Assembly: GCA_017554565.1 (NCBI GenBank)
Contig: JAFZID010000167.1
Coordinates: forward strand, 1-55,012
Source: a bacterium
GTDB lineage: Bacteria > Auribacterota > UBA3054
Length of the DNA stretch: 55,012 nucleotides
Direction of reading: 5' to 3'
The notes under the pieces were generated by a model. The model worked only from the letters and a program-made list of their open reading frames with translations, did not search any database and was not told where the DNA came from. The translations under genes and the position numbers were made by a program. Positions 9,476-17,968 of the stretch are shown one piece after another; position 1 is the stretch's first letter; the number at the start of each line of letters is the position of its first letter.

Positions 9476-11874
9476 AAAATCATATATTGATACCGCTTGT
9501 TATTTTGTTCTCCTTCTATACGTCCATCGGATACGGGTTAGTTGCTGGCGTTGAAATCAAGGTCAATTTTAGTGAATTTGCCGAGGGATATGATCATATA
9601 AGTATAAGTCCCGACGCTAGAGTTTATGCATGGATAAATACCGGACACGGATATGCTTGGATTAATTTAACATCTTTCATTAAATTTGACGCCAATATAC
9701 CCATCTATCCTAACGTGGCTATTAGGAGTTTCAACGGAACCGAGTTAATTGAAGAGCAATCTTTACCGCTTTCAATGATTAAAAGCGGAATGGTTTACGA
9801 ATATTTCAATGTTTATGGTAATAAAATGCCTGGTAAAATAGCTTTAGTTATGTATTATAATAGTTGTCTGGACTTTTTAAATATTTCAAGTCCTGATGAT
9901 ATACAGGAATTTGATAGCTGCGGACCAATAAACGCAGATACCATGTATTTCCTTGATGCCACAATGAAAATCATCTCATCGGGACAGCCGTCTATAATTC
10001 CGCCAACCGCTCTTTCAACAACTTTTAGCAATTATTTAACTAATGATTTTGTAAATGATTTTTCAACATCAAGGGTCGCAAAGATTATTGCTCCTAATAA
10101 TCCGTATTATGGGGAGTATCAAAATTATCTGAATCTAAATTCCCAAGGGATGATACCGGACGGTTATACGCATCCTGTGTGGGACGAAATTGCTGATGAG
10201 ATAGAGGTTGAGCCAGGAGAAAAAATAACTTTGCCAGACGTCAACAATTGTTTTCACATTCAGATGAATCGGTTGATCTACGATAATGATGGCGATGGCA
10301 TTCCGACAGCCGTTGAATTTTTAAAAACTCTTACAAATCCATTTGAAAAAGACACTGATTTTGATGGGCTTGGAGATTATTGCGAAATCTTCGGAACCAA
10401 CATGGTTCTTAAATTGACTACTGGAGACAGAAATATAGATGTGTTTACTATAGCAATAGTGCCTGATACTGACGGAGACGGGATATCTGATGGTGATGAA
10501 TTTCTCGGCAAACACCTTTATCCTTCTGGAGGAACTAATAATTGTTATCGCACCAATCCCTGCTCGATAGATAGCGACGATGATGGAATGCCTGATGATT
10601 TGGATCTTCATCCCCTCGACCCAAGTAACATCAAATCTGATTGGACAAATTATTGGGCAATAATAGCTGATAGAGCGGGGCTTGCCTTGACGGATTTGTA
10701 TGATGACAACGCCGATTGTGACGACGATGGAATAAGTAATTTAAACGAAATGCTAAATAAAACTAATCCCTTATTCAGCAATGGTTTTCACAAAGTTATT
10801 TTTGATCCCCCAAAATTAGATCTTACAGTTGGGAATCATTCCGTAACTACGTCCTTTTCTGCGACATTGTTTGCCCCTGATGCTATTACCGGTGCTGTTC
10901 ACATCAGCAACCTTGATTGGCCAGTTCAGATTTTGCTAACAAACAAACTAAGCGTGCTTTGGCCGGATTTTCTGCCAGAAATGCCTGATGATGTTTCCGT
11001 CACTTTTACCAGTCCTAACTATCAAAAACTTAATTTCGTTTTGATATTGGACCCCAAAACAATGAACAAAGGCGTGACTCAGGAATGGGTGAGAGTCGTT
11101 GATCAATATGGGCCATACAGCCAGGAACTACCTATAACTTGCAACATGTTGTTTGGGAACTATAATCTCGCTCCCTCCGTTCCAGAGCTGATTGCACCAA
11201 CCGATGGAGCGATTTTCTATCTTACGAACAACGTGTGGAATGTTGATTTAACCAATTATTTTACTTGGAGCGAATCTGTTGATCCCGAGGGGAGCAATGT
11301 TAATTACATATTAAAGTTGTTTCATAACGACGATTCGTTATCTATTACGACAGAATATACCCATATTGCTTTGCCAATATCAGAATATTTTACAGAGATA
11401 GGATTTTATAACTGGATGGTCTCTGCTTTTGATGATCAAGACAATTTGAGAACCAGCAGGCAGCGTAGTTTTTATGTTTGGATCCCAGGAGACACTGATA
11501 AAGACGGATTTGACGATAATTACGAGATTAGGCACGGCACTGATCCATTTGATCCCAAATCAACACCTTTGCTCATAGATATTGACGAAATGTTGCCAGA
11601 CGGATACCTAGGAAGAGAGTATTTTTATCGTTTGAAGGTCAGAGGAGGCTCTAGACGCCCGTGCTTCTGGCTTCTTAGCACTAAGGGAAAACCTCCTCTT
11701 GGTCTGCATGTAACATTTGACGGAGAATTAAGAGGAATTCCGGAAGAAGAGGGGGCTTTTGATTTTTATATTTCTGTTTTCGACGGTGAAAAATATGAAA
11801 CAAAACCTGTCCGTTTAACCATTAACCCCAAAAGGGAAGGCTTTGGAGTCGAAGCTGGAAGAGGAGAATTATGA
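9472..11874 (+). CDS. Secreted TSP3-like calcium-repeat protein with a C-terminal putative Ig (He_PIG-like) domain
   Basis: The start overlaps the upstream stop by ATGA. Repeats include DNDGDGIPTAVE, DTDFDGLGDYCE, DTDGDGISDGDE, DSDDDGMPDDLD, DCDDDGISNLNE and DTDKDGFDDNYE. The C-terminus LPDGYLGREY...GLHVTFDGELRGIPEEEGAFDFYISVFDG resembles the putative Ig domain. Confidence 0.75.
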   Translation: MKNHILIPLVILFSFYTSIGYGLVAGVEIKVNFSEFAEGYDHISISPDARVYAWINTGHGYAWINLTSFIKFDANIPIYPNVAIRSFNGTELIEEQSLPLSMIKSGMVYEYFNVYGNKMPGKIALVMYYNSCLDFLNISSPDDIQEFDSCGPINADTMYFLDATMKIISSGQPSIIPPTALSTTFSNYLTNDFVNDFSTSRVAKIIAPNNPYYGEYQNYLNLNSQGMIPDGYTHPVWDEIADEIEVEPGEKITLPDVNNCFHIQMNRLIYDNDGDGIPTAVEFLKTLTNPFEKDTDFDGLGDYCEIFGTNMVLKLTTGDRNIDVFTIAIVPDTDGDGISDGDEFLGKHLYPSGGTNNCYRTNPCSIDSDDDGMPDDLDLHPLDPSNIKSDWTNYWAIIADRAGLALTDLYDDNADCDDDGISNLNEMLNKTNPLFSNGFHKVIFDPPKLDLTVGNHSVTTSFSATLFAPDAITGAVHISNLDWPVQILLTNKLSVLWPDFLPEMPDDVSVTFTSPNYQKLNFVLILDPKTMNKGVTQEWVRVVDQYGPYSQELPITCNMLFGNYNLAPSVPELIAPTDGAIFYLTNNVWNVDLTNYFTWSESVDPEGSNVNYILKLFHNDDSLSITTEYTHIALPISEYFTEIGFYNWMVSAFDDQDNLRTSRQRSFYVWIPGDTDKDGFDDNYEIRHGTDPFDPKSTPLLIDIDEMLPDGYLGREYFYRLKVRGGSRRPCFWLLSTKGKPPLGLHVTFDGELRGIPEEEGAFDFYISVFDGEKYETKPVRLTINPKREGFGVEAGRGEL

Positions 11875-14081
11875 CTAAATTTTATCTTTTGACTGCAGCT
11901 TTGTTGCTTATATCATTTGGCGTTAAGGCTGAGTTTGTCCTAAAGGAGATTCCTTCGGCAGGGCATATCGTTTGCGCGAAAAGCGAGGACGGATTGCGGG
12001 TCTTAAACTTTAACGACAGGCAGTTCATTACGATCGAATTTGAGAAAGGGCTGCAGGTTCCATATCACGCCAACTCCGACGATGTCTTTTCCTCTTCCCC
12101 GCTTAGAGAGCTTTACACCCTGCTCATTGTTGATGACGGTGTTCACAATGTTAAAGTTAAGGTTAATCTCCGTCAAAACGCGGGCATATTGCGAACCAGA
12201 AGAGCAGCCGGCGGAGAAGCCATACTGGCTCAACTTGGCAACCCCCTTGTTTACGGCGTCAACGGGTTGTATGACATGGATGAAGATGCCTGTTTGGAAT
12301 GGTACTGCGACGGATGGAAGTGGGACGACACTAAAATGAAAAGAGAAGCGGACGGGACGTTGTCTGCGTCCTTTACGGCTGTGGTTTCCAATCATTTCAT
12401 GAGTTTTTACTTCAGGCCGCATTATTACCGGGATCATTTGGGATACCGAAATCATGAGCCATGGATAAGGCGGCTGAATCCCAGAAGCATGAACGGCTGG
12501 TGTTCCTGGGTGGCATACTATTACGATCTGGACGATGGTAAAATCGAACGAACGGCTGATTTTATCGCTAAAAATTTCAAGCCTTACGGCATGAATTTTC
12601 TTCAGGTGGACAACGGATTTCAAGGGAAGGTGTTCACTCGTTTCGAGCCGTTCCGCTCTCCAGGTCCGGATAGAAGAGAAGTCAATCTGGTTAACCTTTT
12701 CAAGGGAACTTCAAAAAGATTTCCCAAAGGTCCGCCTCAAATTGCAGAGATCATAAAGGCGAGGGGCTTGGAGCCGGGCATTTGGATGAACACGGATCTC
12801 TTTGCCTACGAGCAGCCCGAAGACAAAAGGGACATTTTGTGCAGGAAGCCCGATGGTACGCCTACTAAGTCGCATTGGACTAGGTATATGGCCGACATGT
12901 CAGATTTTACGATCACAAATTATTATGCGCCTCTTTTTAAATATATCAAGGATGCCGGATTTACTTATCTGAAAGTTGACGGAATGCGGCATACTTTCCT
13001 GGACGGACTGAACGTCGCTTACGAGCCACAGGAGGCCAGAAGACGTTTCAGGAACTTTGCCTTGGCAGCCAGGCTGACCTGCGGAGACGATATGTATCTT
13101 ATGTCGTGCTGGGGAATGATGAACGAGATAGCCGGCGCTTTCGACGCCTGCCGCGTGTCGGTGGATTGCGGCGGGAACTGGGAGGATTTTCACAGATCGC
13201 TTTATTATTCAGCAGAATTTTATTCCACGCACAGAATAGTTTTCCTGAACGATCCCGACCATATAGTTATGCACGCTCATCCGGAATGGTCACGCACCAG
13301 AGTGTCAAACGTTTCGCTGACGGGAGGACTTCTTTCCTACAGTGATAAAAACGAGCAGATGACAGATGAACTGATTTATATGTTGCAAAGAGGCTTGCCG
13401 GCCTTAGAAACGCGAACCGCGGAATGCGGCGACATACATCCCAATCATCCTTCCGCCAGAATATACAGCCGGGAGTATTTTGATTCCGATATATCGGAAG
13501 AGATGGCTATGAAACAGATGGGGCCGAGCGTGGAGCCGGGAGTAGCTTCGCCGTTCTCAACCTTGTGGGCTATTCATATCGAAAAACCTTACGGTCAGTG
13601 GTGCGTTGCACAAAGAAACGCGATCTGGTCGCTTGTTGAAGATGACACGCCGATGGAAAAACTTGGCCTTGATCCAACTAAAACTTATCTTGGATATGAT
13701 TTCTGGGAACAGAAATATCTTGGCGAAATAAAAGGCAGGATGCATTGGGATTGTTTGCCGTATGGCAGGACAAAAGTGATTGCCTTGAGAGAAAAACTTG
13801 ATATTCCGCAATTGATAGGTTCCAGCAGACATGTCAGCATGGACGCCGTGAGCGTTGAGGATATAGTCTGGCAAGGTTCGGTTTTGAAATTAAAACTGAA
13901 ATGCGTGCCTGAAACGAAGGAAACATATGTTTTTCACATTCCGAAGGGCTTTTCTTTTGAAAAAGCAGAAGCTGCGGGAGGAACTCCAGAGACTGTTCAG
14001 GAAGGAGAAATTGTAAAAATTGCCCTAACAGCCAAACTATCGGACGTTGAATTGAACTTAAACTTTGTTAAAAGTAATTGA
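11871..14081 (+). CDS. GH27/GH36-clan (alpha-galactosidase-like) glycoside hydrolase, secreted
   Basis: GAGGAG RBS and an ATGA overlap with the upstream gene. Signal peptide present. Clan GH-D-like motifs are NGWCSW (about 12491), LQVDNGF, LKVDGM (candidate nucleophile Asp, about 12969) and FLNDPDH (candidate acid/base, about 13248). Confidence 0.65.
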   Translation: MTKFYLLTAALLLISFGVKAEFVLKEIPSAGHIVCAKSEDGLRVLNFNDRQFITIEFEKGLQVPYHANSDDVFSSSPLRELYTLLIVDDGVHNVKVKVNLRQNAGILRTRRAAGGEAILAQLGNPLVYGVNGLYDMDEDACLEWYCDGWKWDDTKMKREADGTLSASFTAVVSNHFMSFYFRPHYYRDHLGYRNHEPWIRRLNPRSMNGWCSWVAYYYDLDDGKIERTADFIAKNFKPYGMNFLQVDNGFQGKVFTRFEPFRSPGPDRREVNLVNLFKGTSKRFPKGPPQIAEIIKARGLEPGIWMNTDLFAYEQPEDKRDILCRKPDGTPTKSHWTRYMADMSDFTITNYYAPLFKYIKDAGFTYLKVDGMRHTFLDGLNVAYEPQEARRRFRNFALAARLTCGDDMYLMSCWGMMNEIAGAFDACRVSVDCGGNWEDFHRSLYYSAEFYSTHRIVFLNDPDHIVMHAHPEWSRTRVSNVSLTGGLLSYSDKNEQMTDELIYMLQRGLPALETRTAECGDIHPNHPSARIYSREYFDSDISEEMAMKQMGPSVEPGVASPFSTLWAIHIEKPYGQWCVAQRNAIWSLVEDDTPMEKLGLDPTKTYLGYDFWEQKYLGEIKGRMHWDCLPYGRTKVIALREKLDIPQLIGSSRHVSMDAVSVEDIVWQGSVLKLKLKCVPETKETYVFHIPKGFSFEKAEAAGGTPETVQEGEIVKIALTAKLSDVELNLNFVKSN

Positions 14082-14084
14082 CCG

Positions 14085-15149
14085 CTATTTCGCCACTGTC
14101 ATCCTGTTGACGACCCACTTCGCGCCGCGGCCGTGTCCTTCCGGACGGATGAGGCCTTCCTCTTTCATTTTCTTCAGGACGTTCCTTACCATGTCGTGGC
14201 TGACCAGGGGGCAGTCGTCCTCGATCTCGGAAAGGCTGAAGGGCACAAAGCGCTTCAAAACCGCCGCCCTCACCTGCTCGCTCTTCGTTCCTCTGCCCGT
14301 GCCCATTCCGCGCACCCCTTCCTCCAGCTCGTGATAAGCCTTCAAAAGCATGCCCCAGAAATAATTCAGCCAGGGATGGACGTCGTGCTTGCCTTCGTGC
14401 CAAAAGTCGGAGCTGGCCTTCAAAGCGGCGTAATATTCCGTCTTGGCCTGCTCGGTTATCCTTTCCAGAGAAACGTAGCGGCCCACGTTGTAATCGCAAT
14501 GGTAAAGCAGAAGCAGCGTCAGCAGTCTGGCTATTCTGCCGTTGCCGTCCCTGAAAGGATGGATGCAGAGGAAATCCAGAATAGTCAGAGGAATGACGAT
14601 CAAGGGCTCGATGTCCATCGTGCCGATGGCCCTGCTGTAAGAGGAAACAAGATCTTCCATAGCCTGGGGCGTCTCCGCCGCGGGAACCGCGCGGAACCTC
14701 ACTCTCAGAAGCGTGCCGTCGGGATTGTATTCCCTGATCTCGTTGTTGGTCGTTTTGAATTTCCCGCCTTCCTCCGGCATATAGCCGTAGAGCGTCTTGT
14801 GCATTTTCAGGATCGTGTCGACCGCGAAGGGCATGTACGTCCCCTCTTTATGGATGAGCGCCAAAACGTCCCTGTATCCCGCCACTTCCTGTTCCGAGCG
14901 GTTCTGCGGCTTCGATTCCTCCTTCACCAGGGCCTTCACTCTCTCCCTCGGCGTAACGTTGCCCTCTATCCTCGTGCTCGATTCGCTCGATTCAATCAGC
15001 GCGATGTGCCTTAAAGACTCCAGCGTTTCCGGCGTCTGCTTCGCGAACAAAAGCTGCATGCCCTGGTATTCCCCCAGGCGCTTCAAGGTTCCCAGCTGCT
15101 CCTTGCTGAAAAGCAGGGAAGACAAAAATTTTTCGTTCAGTGACTGCAT
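14085..15149 (-). CDS. Fic-family protein (class II, self-inhibited) with a C-terminal winged-helix domain
   Basis: The canonical Fic motif HPFRDGNGRIARLL lies at nt about 14524-14565. An N-terminal inhibitory motif STRIEGN ([S/T]xxxE[G/N]) lies at about 14958-14978. I chose the ATG at 15149, which has GGAG 6 nt upstream, over the ORF-track start at 15209. Confidence 0.9.
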   Translation of the reverse strand: MQSLNEKFLSSLLFSKEQLGTLKRLGEYQGMQLLFAKQTPETLESLRHIALIESSESSTRIEGNVTPRERVKALVKEESKPQNRSEQEVAGYRDVLALIHKEGTYMPFAVDTILKMHKTLYGYMPEEGGKFKTTNNEIREYNPDGTLLRVRFRAVPAAETPQAMEDLVSSYSRAIGTMDIEPLIVIPLTILDFLCIHPFRDGNGRIARLLTLLLLYHCDYNVGRYVSLERITEQAKTEYYAALKASSDFWHEGKHDVHPWLNYFWGMLLKAYHELEEGVRGMGTGRGTKSEQVRAAVLKRFVPFSLSEIEDDCPLVSHDMVRNVLKKMKEEGLIRPEGHGRGAKWVVNRMTVAK

Positions 15150-15272
15150 AAATTCTCCAATCGTTTTAAGGGTATTATACCAACTAATAAGGGTAATATC
15201 AAGCCACAAATTACCCCAATAGTGAAATTGCTACCCTATTTCCGCGAAGAGGCAAGGATTTTTGTTATATCC

Positions 15273-15301
15273 TTGCCAGTGTTCCGCTTTTGTAGTACAA
15301 T
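15273..15301 (+). promoter_or_regulatory. Candidate sigma70-type promoter for the first PEP-CTERM gene
   Basis: TTGCCA (15273-15278), a 17-nt spacer and TACAAT (15296-15301) lie 45 nt upstream of the ATG at 15347. Confidence 0.35.
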
Positions 15302-15346
15302 AATTATCCCGTAAATGTAAATAAATTTCAAAGAGGAAAAATAAAA

Positions 15347-17845
15347 ATGTCTATGAACAAATTACTTCTTTTTCTCGCTTTGGCGAGCCTGGCTGCTTTT
15401 GCCGAGACCGTGGTTCTCGATATATCGGAAGCTCCCATCACTTTTACCTCCGAAGGCGTCAGCGGTAAGGATCCCGAGGGCGAAGACGTTGAGGGATCGT
15501 ATGACGAATACATCATCGAGGGTTCCCCGTATTATAGAGACTACGTGATCAAGGTCCAAAGCGGCACGCACAACATTACCCTCAGGAACGTTAACATCAC
15601 CTATCCCGAAACGATACCTTTCGACATGTCGCCCGGCGCCAGCGTCACTATGACTTTGTCCGGTCAGAACGCCTTTACCATGCCGTTTGAAAAGGAAGGT
15701 TCTCCCGTGCATGTGCCTGAAGGCGCCAGTTTGACCATTCAGGGCGAAGGGTCCCTGACCGCCACCGCGCTGGAATCCACCTACGGCGCCGGAATAGGCA
15801 GCGTAAGAGGGGAAAATTCCGGCGTCATCACCATCAACGGCGGAACTATCTCGGCGCGCGGCGACTATTATTCCGCGGGCATCGGCGGCGGCTATGAAGG
15901 CCGCGGCACCGTGATTATCACAGGCGGCGACATCACGGCGGAAGCCCTGGGCTGCGGTGCGGGCATCGGCGGCGGCGGCAACGCCGGCGGCAGCGGCAAT
16001 TACAGGTACGGCACCTGCGACGTTACGATAAGCGGCGGCCGGATCAAAGCCAAAAGCGACACCGGCGCCGGCATCGGGCATGCCTGGTATGCCTCCAATG
16101 ACCCGGCCGGCACTGTGACCATAACCGGCGGAACGATAGAAGCCGAGAGCAGGGAAGGCGCGGGCATCGGAGCCGGCGGACTGGGCTACGGCCCGAACAT
16201 TTACATCAGCGGCGGATCTATCAAAGCGACATCGACCGGCGGCGGAGACAAAGTCGGCGCCGGCGTCTCCTCCTCCTGCCCCGATCCGCGTACGGGCGTT
16301 AACGGCGAACGCGTCAATTTGGCGACGGTGCGCGAGGCCTTCGCTGATCAGGGACAAAGTTATCTTTTCACCATGTACAGATCCGGCAGCGACTATCCCT
16401 ACACTTATTTCGGATCCGGCTATACCGCCGACAACGATAATGATCTGTATTTTTATCTGCCAAGCGCCGAATTTTTCGGCGACGAATATGACGTCAAGGG
16501 CAGCAACGGCCGGTACTTCTGGGGAAGGATCCGTGATGGCGAGGAAGGCGAGCTGAACCTTTATTTCTGTGAAAATCTGACTTTGGATATCAGTGACGGT
16601 CCCATATACTTCGATTTCAGAAATAGCGAAGCGTATCAATACACAGACCCTTACGATCCTGATTGGAGAACGACTATATGCGCCAGCGACAACTATATCA
16701 TAAAAGGCACATACGCTCCGGACTACGAAGACGATCAACGGCCAAGATACGGCATTGCTGTCTATTCAGAGACAACAATTATCACTAATAAGATCACTTT
16801 GGAAAACTGCAATATCAGCGCTGCGTCCGCCTTCCGCTTGGAAGAAAATGCCTCTGTAGAATTGGTCTTGAAAGGCGTCAACACGCTGCGCTCTTCCTCT
16901 GACGCCGGTATTTTCGTATCTTCAGGCACCACGCTGACGATTTGTTCTGAAAGCACCGGCTCTCTCTTTGCTTACGGCGGCAAGCACAGCGATGACGACG
17001 AATTTGATGATGAATTTGACGATGAAATTATCGGAAGAAATTACAAAGCGGGCGCAGGTATCGGCGGTTACCATGAAGAAGAGCCAGGCAGAATGATAAT
17101 CAACGGCGGAACGATCACAGCCGAAGGAGCGAAAGGCGCCGCTGGTATCGGCGGCGGTTACGGCGATTCGGCCTGGGTTCGTTATTTGACCATCAACGGC
17201 GGCAACATTACCGCAATAGGTCATCATGGCGCAGGCATCGGCGGCGGCCAGGGAAGCATCTGCGATCTCACCATTACCGGCGGAAATATCATAGCTTCCT
17301 CTGATGACGGCGCAGGCATCGGATCCGGCAAAGACGCCACATATCATGGCAAAGTAATCATTACCGGCGGAACGATAAAAGCCACTAGCACGGACGGATC
17401 GGGCATAGGCGGCGGCGATGGCGGAACCATCCCCGATATCTACATCAGCGGCGGCTCAGTCTGGGCTTCTTCCGCCAATGGCTCTCCAATAGATCAGGCT
17501 CGGACCAGGGAAGGCGGCGAAACGGTCTATCAGGCGACTCTGCAGAACGCGATGGTCGCACCAGAAACCTCAGGCTATCATATCATGGGCGTTTCGGAAG
17601 AAGTGACTTTCACTACGAAGAAAGACGGTTCTGCTTACGATTACTCCTACACCGGCACGGGTTATGCCGACAGCAACGATCTCTATTTCTATCTGCCGGA
17701 CGGCTCTTATGTGATCACAGGCTCGAACGGCAGATTCACGGGCGGAACGATCAGCGGCGGCAGCGCTTCCTTCGTGGTCTTGCCGGAACCAGCATCGCTC
17801 GCCGCGCTGCTGGCTTTCCTCGCTCTCTACCTCCGCAGGAAGTAG
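15347..17845 (+). CDS. PEP-CTERM-anchored repeat protein made of two ~400-aa modules with GG-x-I/V...GAGIGGG turns
   Basis: Signal peptide present. Ten copies of [IV]TI[ST]GG.I.A....GAGIGGG-like units are arranged as 5 + 5. The C-terminus VLPEPASLAALLAFLALYLRRK has the PEP motif, a TM helix and a basic tail. Confidence 0.85.
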   Translation: MSMNKLLLFLALASLAAFAETVVLDISEAPITFTSEGVSGKDPEGEDVEGSYDEYIIEGSPYYRDYVIKVQSGTHNITLRNVNITYPETIPFDMSPGASVTMTLSGQNAFTMPFEKEGSPVHVPEGASLTIQGEGSLTATALESTYGAGIGSVRGENSGVITINGGTISARGDYYSAGIGGGYEGRGTVIITGGDITAEALGCGAGIGGGGNAGGSGNYRYGTCDVTISGGRIKAKSDTGAGIGHAWYASNDPAGTVTITGGTIEAESREGAGIGAGGLGYGPNIYISGGSIKATSTGGGDKVGAGVSSSCPDPRTGVNGERVNLATVREAFADQGQSYLFTMYRSGSDYPYTYFGSGYTADNDNDLYFYLPSAEFFGDEYDVKGSNGRYFWGRIRDGEEGELNLYFCENLTLDISDGPIYFDFRNSEAYQYTDPYDPDWRTTICASDNYIIKGTYAPDYEDDQRPRYGIAVYSETTIITNKITLENCNISAASAFRLEENASVELVLKGVNTLRSSSDAGIFVSSGTTLTICSESTGSLFAYGGKHSDDDEFDDEFDDEIIGRNYKAGAGIGGYHEEEPGRMIINGGTITAEGAKGAAGIGGGYGDSAWVRYLTINGGNITAIGHHGAGIGGGQGSICDLTITGGNIIASSDDGAGIGSGKDATYHGKVIITGGTIKATSTDGSGIGGGDGGTIPDIYISGGSVWASSANGSPIDQARTREGGETVYQATLQNAMVAPETSGYHIMGVSEEVTFTTKKDGSAYDYSYTGTGYADSNDLYFYLPDGSYVITGSNGRFTGGTISGGSASFVVLPEPASLAALLAFLALYLRRK

Positions 17846-17874
17846 ATCCCGACAATCTACCTTTTTTGCTAGCG

Positions 17875-17906
17875 AAAGGCTCCCTCGTTCCGGGGGAGCC
17901 TTTTTA
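17875..17906 (+). terminator. Rho-independent terminator
   Basis: The stem AAAGGCTCCC ... GGGAGCCTTT is followed by a T-run. Confidence 0.7.
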
Positions 17907-17968
17907 TTCCCCTGCTCCGCATTTGCTAAAATATAATGATGTAAATCAACTACCCAAGGGGGAATTAA

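Larger units (their letters stand above)
3650..14081 (+). other. Low-GC genomic island A: a five-gene secreted-protein operon
   Basis: GC drops abruptly to about one third after the 3616-3645 terminator. The genes are coupled (gaps of 2 and 17 nt, then two 4-nt ATGA overlaps). GC rises again only inside the last gene. Confidence 0.6.

Noticed and set aside
14133-15222. Plus-strand ORFs (293 aa and 141 aa) and the 14068-14499 minus-strand ORF overlap the Fic gene.
   Set aside because: The Fic frame has the canonical catalytic and inhibitory motifs. The others are antisense or alternative frames with no signatures.
15362-16738. A 458-aa antisense ORF, together with 16922-17347 and 18356-19852 (498 aa), lies opposite the PEP-CTERM genes.
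   Set aside because: These are shadow frames of GC-rich Gly/Ala codon repeats. The translations are Ala/Gly/Arg low-complexity with no start context, and the sense frames have signal peptides, repeats and PEP-CTERM tails.
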